Below are positions 31,978 to 40,608 of a DNA stretch of 64,000 nt, one piece after another. The position numbers and the translations under genes are program-made. How positions within the stretch are numbered: position 1 is the stretch's first letter; each line of letters opens with the position of its first letter. The notes beneath the pieces are model-generated. The model did not search any database. It saw only the letters and a list, made by a program, of their open reading frames with translations, and was not told where the DNA came from. The stretch is from Candidatus Woesebacteria bacterium (lineage in GTDB: Bacteria > Patescibacteriota > Microgenomatia > UBA8517). The stretch is from NCBI GenBank assembly GCA_013374855.1, contig CP055308.1:102800-166799 (forward strand), given 5' to 3'.

Positions 31978-32448
31978 ATGAAGAAAATCCTTAAATGGGG
32001 TCTTATCGGCTTTATAGTGCTTATTGTTCTAGGAACTATTGGGAAAGCACTCACACCAAGCAATCAAGAGTTAAACAGTCAAGAGCAACAAACTGAAGCT
32101 CCTAGCCCCGTTACAGAATCTACAAGACAAGTTTTATCACTGAATCATAGTGAGTTGCTTAAAATAGCCAAAGATAGTCCTAATAGCGTAATTGGAAAGA
32201 CCTATGGCATGACTCTGTATCTTGAACAGGCACCTACAACCACTCAAGCTGAGTTTATGACTAAACCTGACGACAATAGTATGGATACAATCCTCGTTTT
32301 ATGTAACATGGATGCAAACGATCTCAATAAGCTAGATGGCGCTTCTGCTCAAAAGAGAGATTACAAACCATACGATTTATCAGTGAGTTTCACTGAATAT
32401 AATAGCCAAGTAGGTTTGTATTATAAGGCTCAGTGTGTTTTGAGGTAA
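31978..32448 (+). CDS. Hypothetical small secreted protein
   Basis: Signal peptide MKKILKWGLIGFIVLIVLGTIGKA. It lies in a segment with atypical composition next to tRNA-Glu. Confidence 0.45.
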   Translation: MKKILKWGLIGFIVLIVLGTIGKALTPSNQELNSQEQQTEAPSPVTESTRQVLSLNHSELLKIAKDSPNSVIGKTYGMTLYLEQAPTTTQAEFMTKPDDNSMDTILVLCNMDANDLNKLDGASAQKRDYKPYDLSVSFTEYNSQVGLYYKAQCVLR

Positions 32449-33047
32449 GAGGTAAGTTCTTAGTTCAAACTATACTTGAAACAGTTCAATTTGGTTTGTT
32501 GTATAAAGTATACAGTGAGATATAGTTTGTGTTACAAATCTCTGATAGTGAATTTGATGAGGGCTGGTAGAAAGAAGGATCTCTTTAAGTTTATAAGGGA
32601 AAAGCGGTCCACAGTCTCAGATATAGGACTTTCCTATCAGGTAAATTTCACTTGATAGCGATAATCTACTTGGAAACACCAGAAAAGATAAGATTACTTG
32701 GAGGAAAATTTAGTTTAAAAGATCTTTTTATGCTTTCTTATAGTTGCAGAGGTTAAAAAATATGGTTTGAAGCATGAAAAACTTCATGGTCTGTGGTATG
32801 CGCTTTTTGGTGAAAAAAAGAAGATAATGGGCAGAAGCTATGCTGAGCTAGTAATAGGATGCATTTTGGGACACGCCCAAATACTAGTAACTATAGGTAT
32901 TAACGGAAATGTATTATTTTATGACCCATACATTACTCTTTTCAAACACAGAAGTAAAATCCTCTTTCCCTGTAATTTAAGTTGGAAGATGGTTATTCGT
33001 ACCAGAATCACTAATGGTTAACAGTCAACTGTTAACTTGTTAATCTG

Positions 33048-33121
33048 TGACCCCAGTGGGATTCGAACCCACGATTTTCGGGATGAAAGCCCGATGTCCT
33101 AGTCCACTAGACGATGGGGCC
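33048..33121 (-). tRNA. tRNA-Glu (anticodon UUC)
   Basis: GGCCCCATCGTCTAGTGGACTAGGACATCGGGCTTTCATCCCGA...GGTTCGAATCCCACTGGGGTCA. Confidence 0.8.
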
Positions 33122-33171
33122 AGTAAAATTTATTTTACCATCTAAAGGTCAATAATGCTAGAATACAAAAT

Positions 33172-33723
33172 ATGAAAAAACTAAACGCCAAAATTTTAAG
33201 AAAGAAAAAGCCGGCAGAAGACATACTTAAAAAAATAAAAAGAACACCCATTTACTTTGTACTTGATGAGGTTCTCGATACATACAATATAGGCTCTTTG
33301 TTTCGCCTTGCCGATGCTGTGGCAGCTAAAAAAGTTTTCCTTTGTGGCAATATGGAATACCCTCCATCTTCAAGAATACACAAAGCCGCAGTAGGAACAG
33401 AAAACTGGGTTCCTTGGGAAAAGGTAGAAAAAACAATTGATGCAGTCAACAAACTAAAAAATGAGGGTGTACAAGTTATTGTTGTTGAACAATCACCAAA
33501 ATCTATAAGTTATAAAGAACTTAATTCAAGAGCAAAATTTCCTTGTGCAATTGTAGTAGGAAATGAATCATTCGGTGTAAAAGGAGAGGTCCTAAATATC
33601 GCAGATATTATAGTAGAGCTGCCTATGCTTGGAATAAACAAATCATTCAATGTTTGGGGAACAGCTGCAGTTGTAGCCTACAAAATACTAGAAAACTGGA
33701 TTATTCCCCCAAAGCAGCCTTAA
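33172..33723 (+). CDS. SpoU/TrmH-family RNA 2'-O-methyltransferase
   Basis: SPOUT motifs (VVEQSPKS..., IVVGNESFGV, LPMLGINKSFNVWGTAAVVAY). Confidence 0.8.
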   Translation: MKKLNAKILRKKKPAEDILKKIKRTPIYFVLDEVLDTYNIGSLFRLADAVAAKKVFLCGNMEYPPSSRIHKAAVGTENWVPWEKVEKTIDAVNKLKNEGVQVIVVEQSPKSISYKELNSRAKFPCAIVVGNESFGVKGEVLNIADIIVELPMLGINKSFNVWGTAAVVAYKILENWIIPPKQP

Positions 33724-34513
33724 CAACAGGTTCCATCTCAGAAAAGCTATAAGCCCCATCAAATCGTTTGTCGTTTACAAAAAACCAGGGAGTACCCGAA
33801 ACACCAAGCTCGCGTGCAAGAGCCATATCAGCGTTCAGTCTCTGATCATATTTGCCGCTGTCAAGACAGGCTTTCATCTTATCGGGGTCAACAGCTGATT
33901 TAAGAAACTGTGCTAATTCTTGAGACTTGGTTTTATCATTTTTTACCTTTTCATTCAGCAAATTATAACCGGCAGAAGACATTAAAAGATCGTGGACTTC
34001 CCAAAATTTGTCCATTTCATAAGCACAATATAAAGCTTTAGCTCCCATTTCCCCGCTACCATGACCAGGGAAGTAAATGTAAACAAAAGAAGCTTTACCC
34101 TCATCAAGAAGCTTTTTCATCTCAAGAACCGGTGCACGGTAGGTGCCTCCATCAGAAACCAACCTAAATCTATCACTTGACCTGTTAAGCTCGGGGTTTT
34201 TGCCAGAAGCTATCCCACAAAAGGGACAACTAGCATCAGATACTTCAACAAAAATCACCTTTCTCTCTTTATCTCCAAACTTAATTACATCTTTATCAAA
34301 CAAACCCTTTATAGTATCAAGAGAAATTGTAGGCTGGGGTTGTTGCACCGGTTGTTCTAAATTTGTATTTGTCTTGGTAACTGTCGTATTCTGGCTTTCT
34401 GAGTTTTTTACTCTTTGCCACAATACGCCAACAAAAAAAGCCAAAATCACTGAAAGAATCATAAAGAACGGAGAGGTTTTCTCAAAGAAGCTTTCTTTCT
34501 CCTTTTCTGCCAT
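33701..34513 (-). CDS. DsbA-like thioredoxin-fold thiol:disulfide oxidoreductase (membrane-anchored)
   Basis: N-terminal TM, CxxC active site SDASCPFCG, and DsbA-like C-terminal helices. Confidence 0.75.
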   Translation of the reverse strand: MAEKEKESFFEKTSPFFMILSVILAFFVGVLWQRVKNSESQNTTVTKTNTNLEQPVQQPQPTISLDTIKGLFDKDVIKFGDKERKVIFVEVSDASCPFCGIASGKNPELNRSSDRFRLVSDGGTYRAPVLEMKKLLDEGKASFVYIYFPGHGSGEMGAKALYCAYEMDKFWEVHDLLMSSAGYNLLNEKVKNDKTKSQELAQFLKSAVDPDKMKACLDSGKYDQRLNADMALARELGVSGTPWFFVNDKRFDGAYSFSEMEPVVKAALGE

Positions 34514-34545
34514 AGGGCTAATTTTGTCCTAAGAAAACAATTTTG

Positions 34546-35475
34546 TCAACCTCCAATTTCTTCAAGATAAGCAAGAACATCCAAAGCCGCCATGCAGCCA
34601 AACCCGGCAGCAGTTACAGCCTGCTTGTACTTAAAATCAAAAACATCTCCTGCCACAAAAACACCTTCTACACTCGTCTTTGTACTATCAAAAACTTTAA
34701 CATATCCTTTTTCATCAAGTTCGATAAACCCTTTAAAAATTTCACTTTGGGGAATATGCCCTATAGCTACAAAGAGTCCATCGAAAGGCTCTTCCCTTTC
34801 TTCACCCGTTTTGTTATTAACCAAAACCAAGCTGGTAAGTTTGTTCTCACCTTTTGCTTCTTTTACCTCTGTATTCCAATAAACCTTAACTTTAGGGTTC
34901 TGTAAAACCCTATCCTGCATAATTTTTGATGCCCTAAACTCATCTCTTCTGTGAATAATCACTACCTCAGAGGCAAATTTTGTCAGAACTAAAGCCTCCT
35001 CCATTGCAGAATCCCCCCCACCCACAACTGCTACCTTCTTGTCTTTAAAGAAAGCAGCATCACAAGGAGCACAAGAAGAAACACCTCTTCCTATAAGTTC
35101 CTTAACACCAGGTGCATCAAGCCATTTAGTAGCTGCTCCTGTGGCAACAATTATAGATTTTGATTTATAAGAAGCCTGATCTGTCCTTGTCTCAAAATAA
35201 ACACCTGCCAATTTAATCTCTTTTGCATCCTCATACCTTATAATACTACCAAACCTTTCAGCCTGAAGCTTCATTTTTCCCATCAATTCTGGTCCCAAAA
35301 TACCTTGTGGAAAACCGGGAAAATTTTCTACATCAGTTGTCAACATCAACTGGCCTCCCCAAGAGGAACCTGCTAAGACTAAAGTAGACGCCGCCCCCCG
35401 CGAGGTATAAATTGCCGCAGTCAGACCAGCAGGGCCAGACCCAATTATTAAAACATCCCAAACCTTCTCTTCCAT
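34546..35475 (-). CDS. trxB: Thioredoxin reductase
   Basis: FAD motif VLIIGSGPAGLTAA, redox-active CAPC (SSCAPCDA) and NADPH motif VAVVGGGDSAMEEA. Confidence 0.9.
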   Translation of the reverse strand: MEEKVWDVLIIGSGPAGLTAAIYTSRGAASTLVLAGSSWGGQLMLTTDVENFPGFPQGILGPELMGKMKLQAERFGSIIRYEDAKEIKLAGVYFETRTDQASYKSKSIIVATGAATKWLDAPGVKELIGRGVSSCAPCDAAFFKDKKVAVVGGGDSAMEEALVLTKFASEVVIIHRRDEFRASKIMQDRVLQNPKVKVYWNTEVKEAKGENKLTSLVLVNNKTGEEREEPFDGLFVAIGHIPQSEIFKGFIELDEKGYVKVFDSTKTSVEGVFVAGDVFDFKYKQAVTAAGFGCMAALDVLAYLEEIGG

Positions 35476-35478
35476 AAA

Positions 35479-35895
35479 CTAAACACCCTGTTGCGAGTTA
35501 TTTCCCCCACCTTCTTCTACTTGAGATTCTGGAGAAACAGCTTCTCCAGTTCCATATTGCACAGACTGATCAACTGGATTAACCTGTTCAGCTTGTGTTT
35601 GAGAAACCTCCGATACTGATGGTTGAACAACACCAGATTCACTTACTACAGGTTGAGATGTATCTGGAACTAAGGGCTCTGCTGCAAATGGTACATCTCC
35701 AACTTTTTCAGGTTCCTCCGGCATTGGAGCAGGACCAGCCATTGGGGGCTCCTGAGTAACCTGTTGACCTCCAACTTGATATGTTGGCTGATCAGAAAGT
35801 GGTTGTTGACTAATAGCCATATCTTGAGTTGGTTGACTGGACATCATTCCTGTTGGTTGTTGTTGATTTTGGTCATTTGGATCCATGATTATCAC
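35479..35895 (-). CDS. Q/P/S-rich low-complexity protein (probably intrinsically disordered), between trxB and trxA
   Basis: 138-aa ORF abutting the trxB start. The composition is dominated by Q, P, S, V and E. No TM. Confidence 0.45.
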   Translation of the reverse strand: MIIMDPNDQNQQQPTGMMSSQPTQDMAISQQPLSDQPTYQVGGQQVTQEPPMAGPAPMPEEPEKVGDVPFAAEPLVPDTSQPVVSESGVVQPSVSEVSQTQAEQVNPVDQSVQYGTGEAVSPESQVEEGGGNNSQQGV

Positions 35896-35904
35896 CTCCT
35901 TTTT

Positions 35905-36222
35905 TCAAGCTTTCTTTAACAAATCTTCAAATCCTTGCTTGCCTGCAAAACCCACCTGACGAGAAACTTCTTTACCCTCCTTGAACAAGATTGTAGTAGG
36001 AATAGACATCACTCCATAAAGAGAAGCCAAATCAGAATTCTCATCTACATTAACCTTAAAAAAATCCACCTTGCCCTGATAATCGTTTGAGAGTTCTTCC
36101 AACACAGGCTCTGCCATACGACAAGGACCACACCATGGAGCCCAAAAATCAACAAGTACAGGATTTTGAGCCTTCAAGACCTTGTTCTGAAAATCAGTTG
36201 ATCTTATATCCAAAAGTGCCAT
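35905..36222 (-). CDS. trxA: Thioredoxin
   Basis: Active site WAPWCGPCRM, 105 aa. Confidence 0.9.
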   Translation of the reverse strand: MALLDIRSTDFQNKVLKAQNPVLVDFWAPWCGPCRMAEPVLEELSNDYQGKVDFFKVNVDENSDLASLYGVMSIPTTILFKEGKEVSRQVGFAGKQGFEDLLKKA

Positions 36223-36262
36223 ACAAAAAGAATATAAATATCAAATCAAATATTGTCAACTA

Positions 36263-36799
36263 TCAAAAAACAAAGGAAATCAAGACAAACAAGGCAAAAA
36301 TAGAAAGCCAATAAAAAAGATGCTTGCCTTTAGGGATTTCCAATCTAAAAAAACCAGAAGACCAAGAATCAAGATTGCCTTTCACTAACAAATCAGAAAG
36401 TTGATTAACTAAAAGATGGAGTGTAAAAGCCAAGACCAATCCAACCGCGAAAAGACTGGATGAAGAAGTAAAAATCCAAAACGTCAAAATAAAAAATAAA
36501 AGTTGAAAAGAAAAAGAATGAAAAGCAGAAACCCCAATTGAATCATCATTTTCCAAAAGTGAATAAAAGGCAGATACATATTTTTTTTGAGATAAAAAGG
36601 TCTTGAAAGACAAAAAAGATTTACTCTCCTCTTTATAAAAAAAGCTGTAAAAGATGTGGTCCAAATCTGGTAAAAACGTACCAATTAATCCACCTATCCA
36701 AAAAGGAAAGCTACCCAAAGAAAAAAAATTCCTCCTTATTGCAACAAAGATAAAGAAGGAAAATAAGAAAAGATAATGAACAAGAAGTTTTTGTTTCAT
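36263..36799 (-). CDS. Hypothetical integral membrane protein
   Basis: Four to five predicted TM helices. No motif was recognised. Confidence 0.5.
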   Translation of the reverse strand: MKQKLLVHYLFLFSFFIFVAIRRNFFSLGSFPFWIGGLIGTFLPDLDHIFYSFFYKEESKSFLSFKTFLSQKKYVSAFYSLLENDDSIGVSAFHSFSFQLLFFILTFWIFTSSSSLFAVGLVLAFTLHLLVNQLSDLLVKGNLDSWSSGFFRLEIPKGKHLFYWLSIFALFVLISFVF

Positions 36800-36831
36800 A
36801 CCTTAATAATAACCTCAAAAACACATCTCTT

Positions 36832-37116
36832 TCAACCTTTGATTTCAAAATCAACAAATTCGCCTTTAGAACATCCCCACTCAGCATCAACTGATTTAAC
36901 TTTAGCAAGCGGTGGGCCATTTTTAATTTTTTCTAAAAAGGACAAAAGTAATCTTTTTTCCCCTTCTGCAACTATCCTCACACTTCCATCCCCCTCATTT
37001 CTAACCCAGCCACAAATACCCAAAGAGCGAGCAATACGGGCAGTAAAAACCCTAAAAAAGACCCCCTGCACCTTGCCAAAAACAGACACCTCTAATCTTG
37101 ACTTTTCCATAAGCAA
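36832..37116 (-). CDS. acyP: Acylphosphatase
   Basis: VxVxGxVQGVFFR signature and a WVRNxxDGSV motif, 94 aa. Confidence 0.85.
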   Translation of the reverse strand: MLMEKSRLEVSVFGKVQGVFFRVFTARIARSLGICGWVRNEGDGSVRIVAEGEKRLLLSFLEKIKNGPPLAKVKSVDAEWGCSKGEFVDFEIKG

Positions 37117-37421
37117 GAACTAAGTAATACCATCTCTCCAACAAAAACAACTCCCTCATCTACCAGTTTTTTCTTTTGAACAAACTTTCCTCCAAAAGCA
37201 TAACCTTCAGATAGAGACCCATTCCAGAACACAACTCTATGACAGGGAATTTTTTCTGGATCTGAATTTTGATGAAGAATTCTTCCTACAAATCTTGGAC
37301 TTATTTTAATTCCTGAATTTAGTTTATTCACCAATACCGCAACTTGCTTGTAGGTTAAAACTTTACCTTTTGGAATTTGTGATACTACTTTGTAAATCAA
37401 GTCCGAAACTTTAGGATTCAT
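37092..37421 (-). CDS. ogt: Methylated-DNA-protein-cysteine methyltransferase, DNA-binding domain protein (Ogt-like; the active-site PCHR is present)
   Basis: IPCHRVV motif plus the helix-turn-helix region YKQVAVLVN. It overlaps the acyP start by 25 nt. Confidence 0.7.
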   Translation of the reverse strand: MNPKVSDLIYKVVSQIPKGKVLTYKQVAVLVNKLNSGIKISPRFVGRILHQNSDPEKIPCHRVVFWNGSLSEGYAFGGKFVQKKKLVDEGVVFVGEMVLLSSCLWKSQD

Positions 37422-37635
37422 TTGGAATTATTATACAGAACAAGCAAAAAAGAGTGAAAGACAACTGAAAAACAAGAACCGAAAAGCAAAAGAACAAACA
37501 AAACCCTCATGGAGAACAATTCAAAAGTTATCGAAATCCTGAATTTTGAATTGAAAATTCAACTTTTAATTTTTAAGTTAAATCTGTTTTTTCTTGTGAT
37601 TTGTTTATTGAACTTTTATTCTATAAAAAAGATAA

Positions 37636-37926
37636 CTATTTCTTTTCTTTCTTCAGCTGATTGAGCTTCCACATAAACAACCTTGGTTTTGATTTAACAT
37701 TTTTTGCATCTTTTACAAAATTTCTTGCTGCCTCTAGAAGGCCGCGTGGAGTTTCCTTTGCAAGCTTTATATAAAGCGAGCGGTTTTTCAAATCCCCAAG
37801 CTCACGAGCCAGCTCGTAGCCATACTTCTGAAACTCGTAAGTAATATATTTATCTTCATCTGATTTGAAATCAGAAAGAATATCGGCAATATTAAAAAAA
37901 GAACCTTGCGTCTTTGTTTTTTTCAC
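37636..37926 (-). CDS. Hypothetical protein (96 aa)
   Basis: ORF only. Its stop overlaps the pth start. Confidence 0.4.
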   Translation of the reverse strand: MKKTKTQGSFFNIADILSDFKSDEDKYITYEFQKYGYELARELGDLKNRSLYIKLAKETPRGLLEAARNFVKDAKNVKSKPRLFMWKLNQLKKEKK

Positions 37927-38459
37927 TTTAGGAAAACTCTTTTCAAAAAATCGGAAGCTACCTTTTCAATGACACCTCCTATTATTTTCTCTTCAGCAGG
38001 CAAGAAATCTTTTAATATATACTCTTCACCTTTTTCTTTGTTTTCTTTACTTCTATTGTCAACCCCAAGCCTTATATGCCAAAAAGAACTGCTACTAAGT
38101 AAATCAATTATCGAAAAAACACCATTGTGAGTTTTTGGAGGTTTGTCAAAAACTATTTTATATTGGCCTAAAGGAATATCCAGATCATCATACGCAAGCC
38201 AAAGTTGAGAAATAGGTATCTTGTAAAAAGAAACTATTTTAGATACTGCTTTCCCTGAAAAATTCATCATCGTTTGAGGTTTTGCCAAGATTAAGTCGTC
38301 AATCTGGCAAAGTAAAGAGTCAAATTTTTTGCTATAAGAAAAGTAAAGACCTTCTTCTTTCAAGGTTTCAAAAACCTTATCAACAAACACAAAACCCACA
38401 TTGTGTCGGTTCTTCCGATAGCTCTCTCCTTTGTTTCCCAGACCCGCCAAAAGTTTCAT
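37923..38459 (-). CDS. pth: Peptidyl-tRNA hydrolase
   Basis: MKLLAGLGNKGESYRKNRHNVGF matches the Pth N-terminal signature. The start was set at the second Met. Confidence 0.85.
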   Translation of the reverse strand: MKLLAGLGNKGESYRKNRHNVGFVFVDKVFETLKEEGLYFSYSKKFDSLLCQIDDLILAKPQTMMNFSGKAVSKIVSFYKIPISQLWLAYDDLDIPLGQYKIVFDKPPKTHNGVFSIIDLLSSSSFWHIRLGVDNRSKENKEKGEEYILKDFLPAEEKIIGGVIEKVASDFLKRVFLK

Positions 38460-38486
38460 ACAGAAGTATTTTATCACTTCCTACTT

Positions 38487-39119
38487 TTAACTCTGTTTTA
38501 CAAAAGGAACAAAATGGAAAATACCAAATTTTTCTTTTCTAAATTCCCCCGACTTAAGTTTTGTCAATCGAAGCATCACTTTGTCTTCTCCCTCTCCAAC
38601 AGGTGCTATTATTCTGCCACCAACTCTAACTTGCTCCCGAAGAGCAATGGGGACAGGATTATAAAGCCCTGCTGTTACTATTACTCCATCAAAAGGGCTC
38701 GCCTCTTCCCAGCCAAATTCACCATTTCCCTTTCTTACAAATATATTTTTATAATCTAACCTTTTTAACCTTTTTCTTGCTTCTTTTGCCAACCTACCTA
38801 TAATCTCAATTGTATAAACTTCTTTAAAAAGATAAGACAAAACTGCAGCTTGATATCCACTACCTGTACCTATCTCCAAAACTTTATCTCTCTTTTTAAG
38901 ACCTGATATTAAAAGATGACTCATAAAACAAACAGTGTAAGGCTGGGAAATTGTCTGTCCACAAGCAATAGGTAAAGCATTATCCGAATAAGCAAGATGC
39001 ACATACGAAGGTAATACAAACTTCTCACGGGGGACCTTTTTCATAGCAGAAAAAACAGCTAAAGCATTAAGCCTATAATATTTTCTAATCTGCCTAATCA
39101 TTTCGGCAGAATCAGACAT
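38487..39119 (-). CDS. pcm: Protein-L-isoaspartate O-methyltransferase
   Basis: TISQPYTVCFM, SAM motif VLEIGTGSGYQAAVL, and GGRIIAPVGE. Confidence 0.85.
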   Translation of the reverse strand: MSDSAEMIRQIRKYYRLNALAVFSAMKKVPREKFVLPSYVHLAYSDNALPIACGQTISQPYTVCFMSHLLISGLKKRDKVLEIGTGSGYQAAVLSYLFKEVYTIEIIGRLAKEARKRLKRLDYKNIFVRKGNGEFGWEEASPFDGVIVTAGLYNPVPIALREQVRVGGRIIAPVGEGEDKVMLRLTKLKSGEFRKEKFGIFHFVPFVKQS

Positions 39120-39121
39120 AC

Positions 39122-39487
39122 TTAAATCATCTTTGCCACAAATTTACCAATATAAGGAAGCTCCCACTTTTCCCCAGAATACGCTTTATAAATAAGCATA
39201 AGCCACAAAACAAAGCCTCCAATCCAGACAACTCCCCCCAATAAGGCAGGAATCCATGCAAGAAATATTGTCAGACCCAATACAACCCCCAAAATTCCCA
39301 CAAGCCAAGAGGCAACAAAGAAAACCAAAGTAACAGCTATCGATTGCATTGCATGAAACCTCACAAATGGGTCTTTTTCCATAATAAGAAAAATAATTCC
39401 TGTAATTGCTCCCAAGACATAGGAAAGAGCAGCAGCGGTTTCCTTTTTTAATCCAGTTCCTTCTTTTTTAGTTTCAGCCATTCTCAA
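39122..39487 (-). CDS. DUF4870-like small membrane protein
   Basis: AALSYVLGxxxGIIFLIMEKDPFVRFHAMQS followed by two TM helices. Confidence 0.55.
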   Translation of the reverse strand: MRMAETKKEGTGLKKETAAALSYVLGAITGIIFLIMEKDPFVRFHAMQSIAVTLVFFVASWLVGILGVVLGLTIFLAWIPALLGGVVWIGGFVLWLMLIYKAYSGEKWELPYIGKFVAKMI

Positions 39488-39605
39488 TCACCCCCTTTTA
39501 ACTATATTCTCAGAAAAAAAACAATAAGTCAACATCTTGCAGAAAAAGAACAATGGACTTTACCACTTATTTTGTATTAATGTATTAATACATCAAAACA
39601 AAAGA

Positions 39606-40574
39606 TCAAGAAAATTCAAAGAAGAGAAAAGCAAAATAAAGAAAAAGTAAAATAAAACCATCTTTTCTTCCAAAACTTCCATTATGCATCACCAAACTCC
39701 CAAAAAGAATAAAAAGAAGAATAAAGACTAAAATAGAACGAAGATAAGAATCAAGGAAAATTACTCCGGTTGGACTCAAAAATGAAATAATTCCTGCAAC
39801 TAAACTAAAATTGGCAACTAAAGAACCAAGAACACCTCCCAAAAACATAGAATTTTCTCTATCTTTGATTGCTCTTACGGAAAACGCCAACTCCGGAAGG
39901 GTTGTAGAAAAACCTACCAGCATAAAGCCAACAGCAAAAAAGGAAATATTCAAAAAAGAGGAAAGATTAATTGCCGACCTTACAATAACCCAGGCCGAAA
40001 GTAAAAGCCCACCAAAACTCAAAATTATCTTAGCAAATTCCTTCCATAATTTAAAACCAAAAATATAAACTTCTGGAAAGTGTGGTAAAGCCAGATGTCG
40101 TCCAAAAGAAAGATGTTTTTCTCTTCCAGATTGAGATAAAAACACCTTTAAGCAGAAAAAGTAGCTAAAAAGTAAAATTAACCCATCAAACTTCGAAAGA
40201 CTACCATCAATAGCAAGAATAAGAAAAATCCCAAGGGATAAAAAAACAAACTTCAAATCGTGTTTAAAAAATGGCGTATTAGCGCTAACCCTACCAAAAA
40301 TAACAGCTAAAAATCCCACCAAGAAAGAAACATTAGCAAGACTACTCCCTATTATATTACCCATCGACAAAGAAGACCTATTCTCAAAAGCAGAAGCAAC
40401 AGCAACCACTATTTCAGGAAGGCAGCTCCCCAAAGCAACTAGCACCGCAGAAACCGCAAAAGCACTTGAGGAAACTTCAAGACTAAACTTTCTCAAAGAA
40501 TGAACGACTAAATCAGCAATTCTAACAAGCAAGAAGGAAAAAAATAAAATTAAAAAAAACCAAAGGAATATCAT
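39606..40574 (-). CDS. Na+/Ca2+ exchanger (CaCA) family membrane protein
   Basis: Two alpha-repeats (GNIIGSSLANVSFLVG, GFSTTLPELAFSVRAI). About 10 TM helices. Confidence 0.7.
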   Translation of the reverse strand: MIFLWFFLILFFSFLLVRIADLVVHSLRKFSLEVSSSAFAVSAVLVALGSCLPEIVVAVASAFENRSSLSMGNIIGSSLANVSFLVGFLAVIFGRVSANTPFFKHDLKFVFLSLGIFLILAIDGSLSKFDGLILLFSYFFCLKVFLSQSGREKHLSFGRHLALPHFPEVYIFGFKLWKEFAKIILSFGGLLLSAWVIVRSAINLSSFLNISFFAVGFMLVGFSTTLPELAFSVRAIKDRENSMFLGGVLGSLVANFSLVAGIISFLSPTGVIFLDSYLRSILVFILLFILFGSLVMHNGSFGRKDGFILLFLYFAFLFFEFS

Positions 40575-40608
40575 ACTTAATAAAATATACTAAAAGAAGC
40601 AATAAAAA

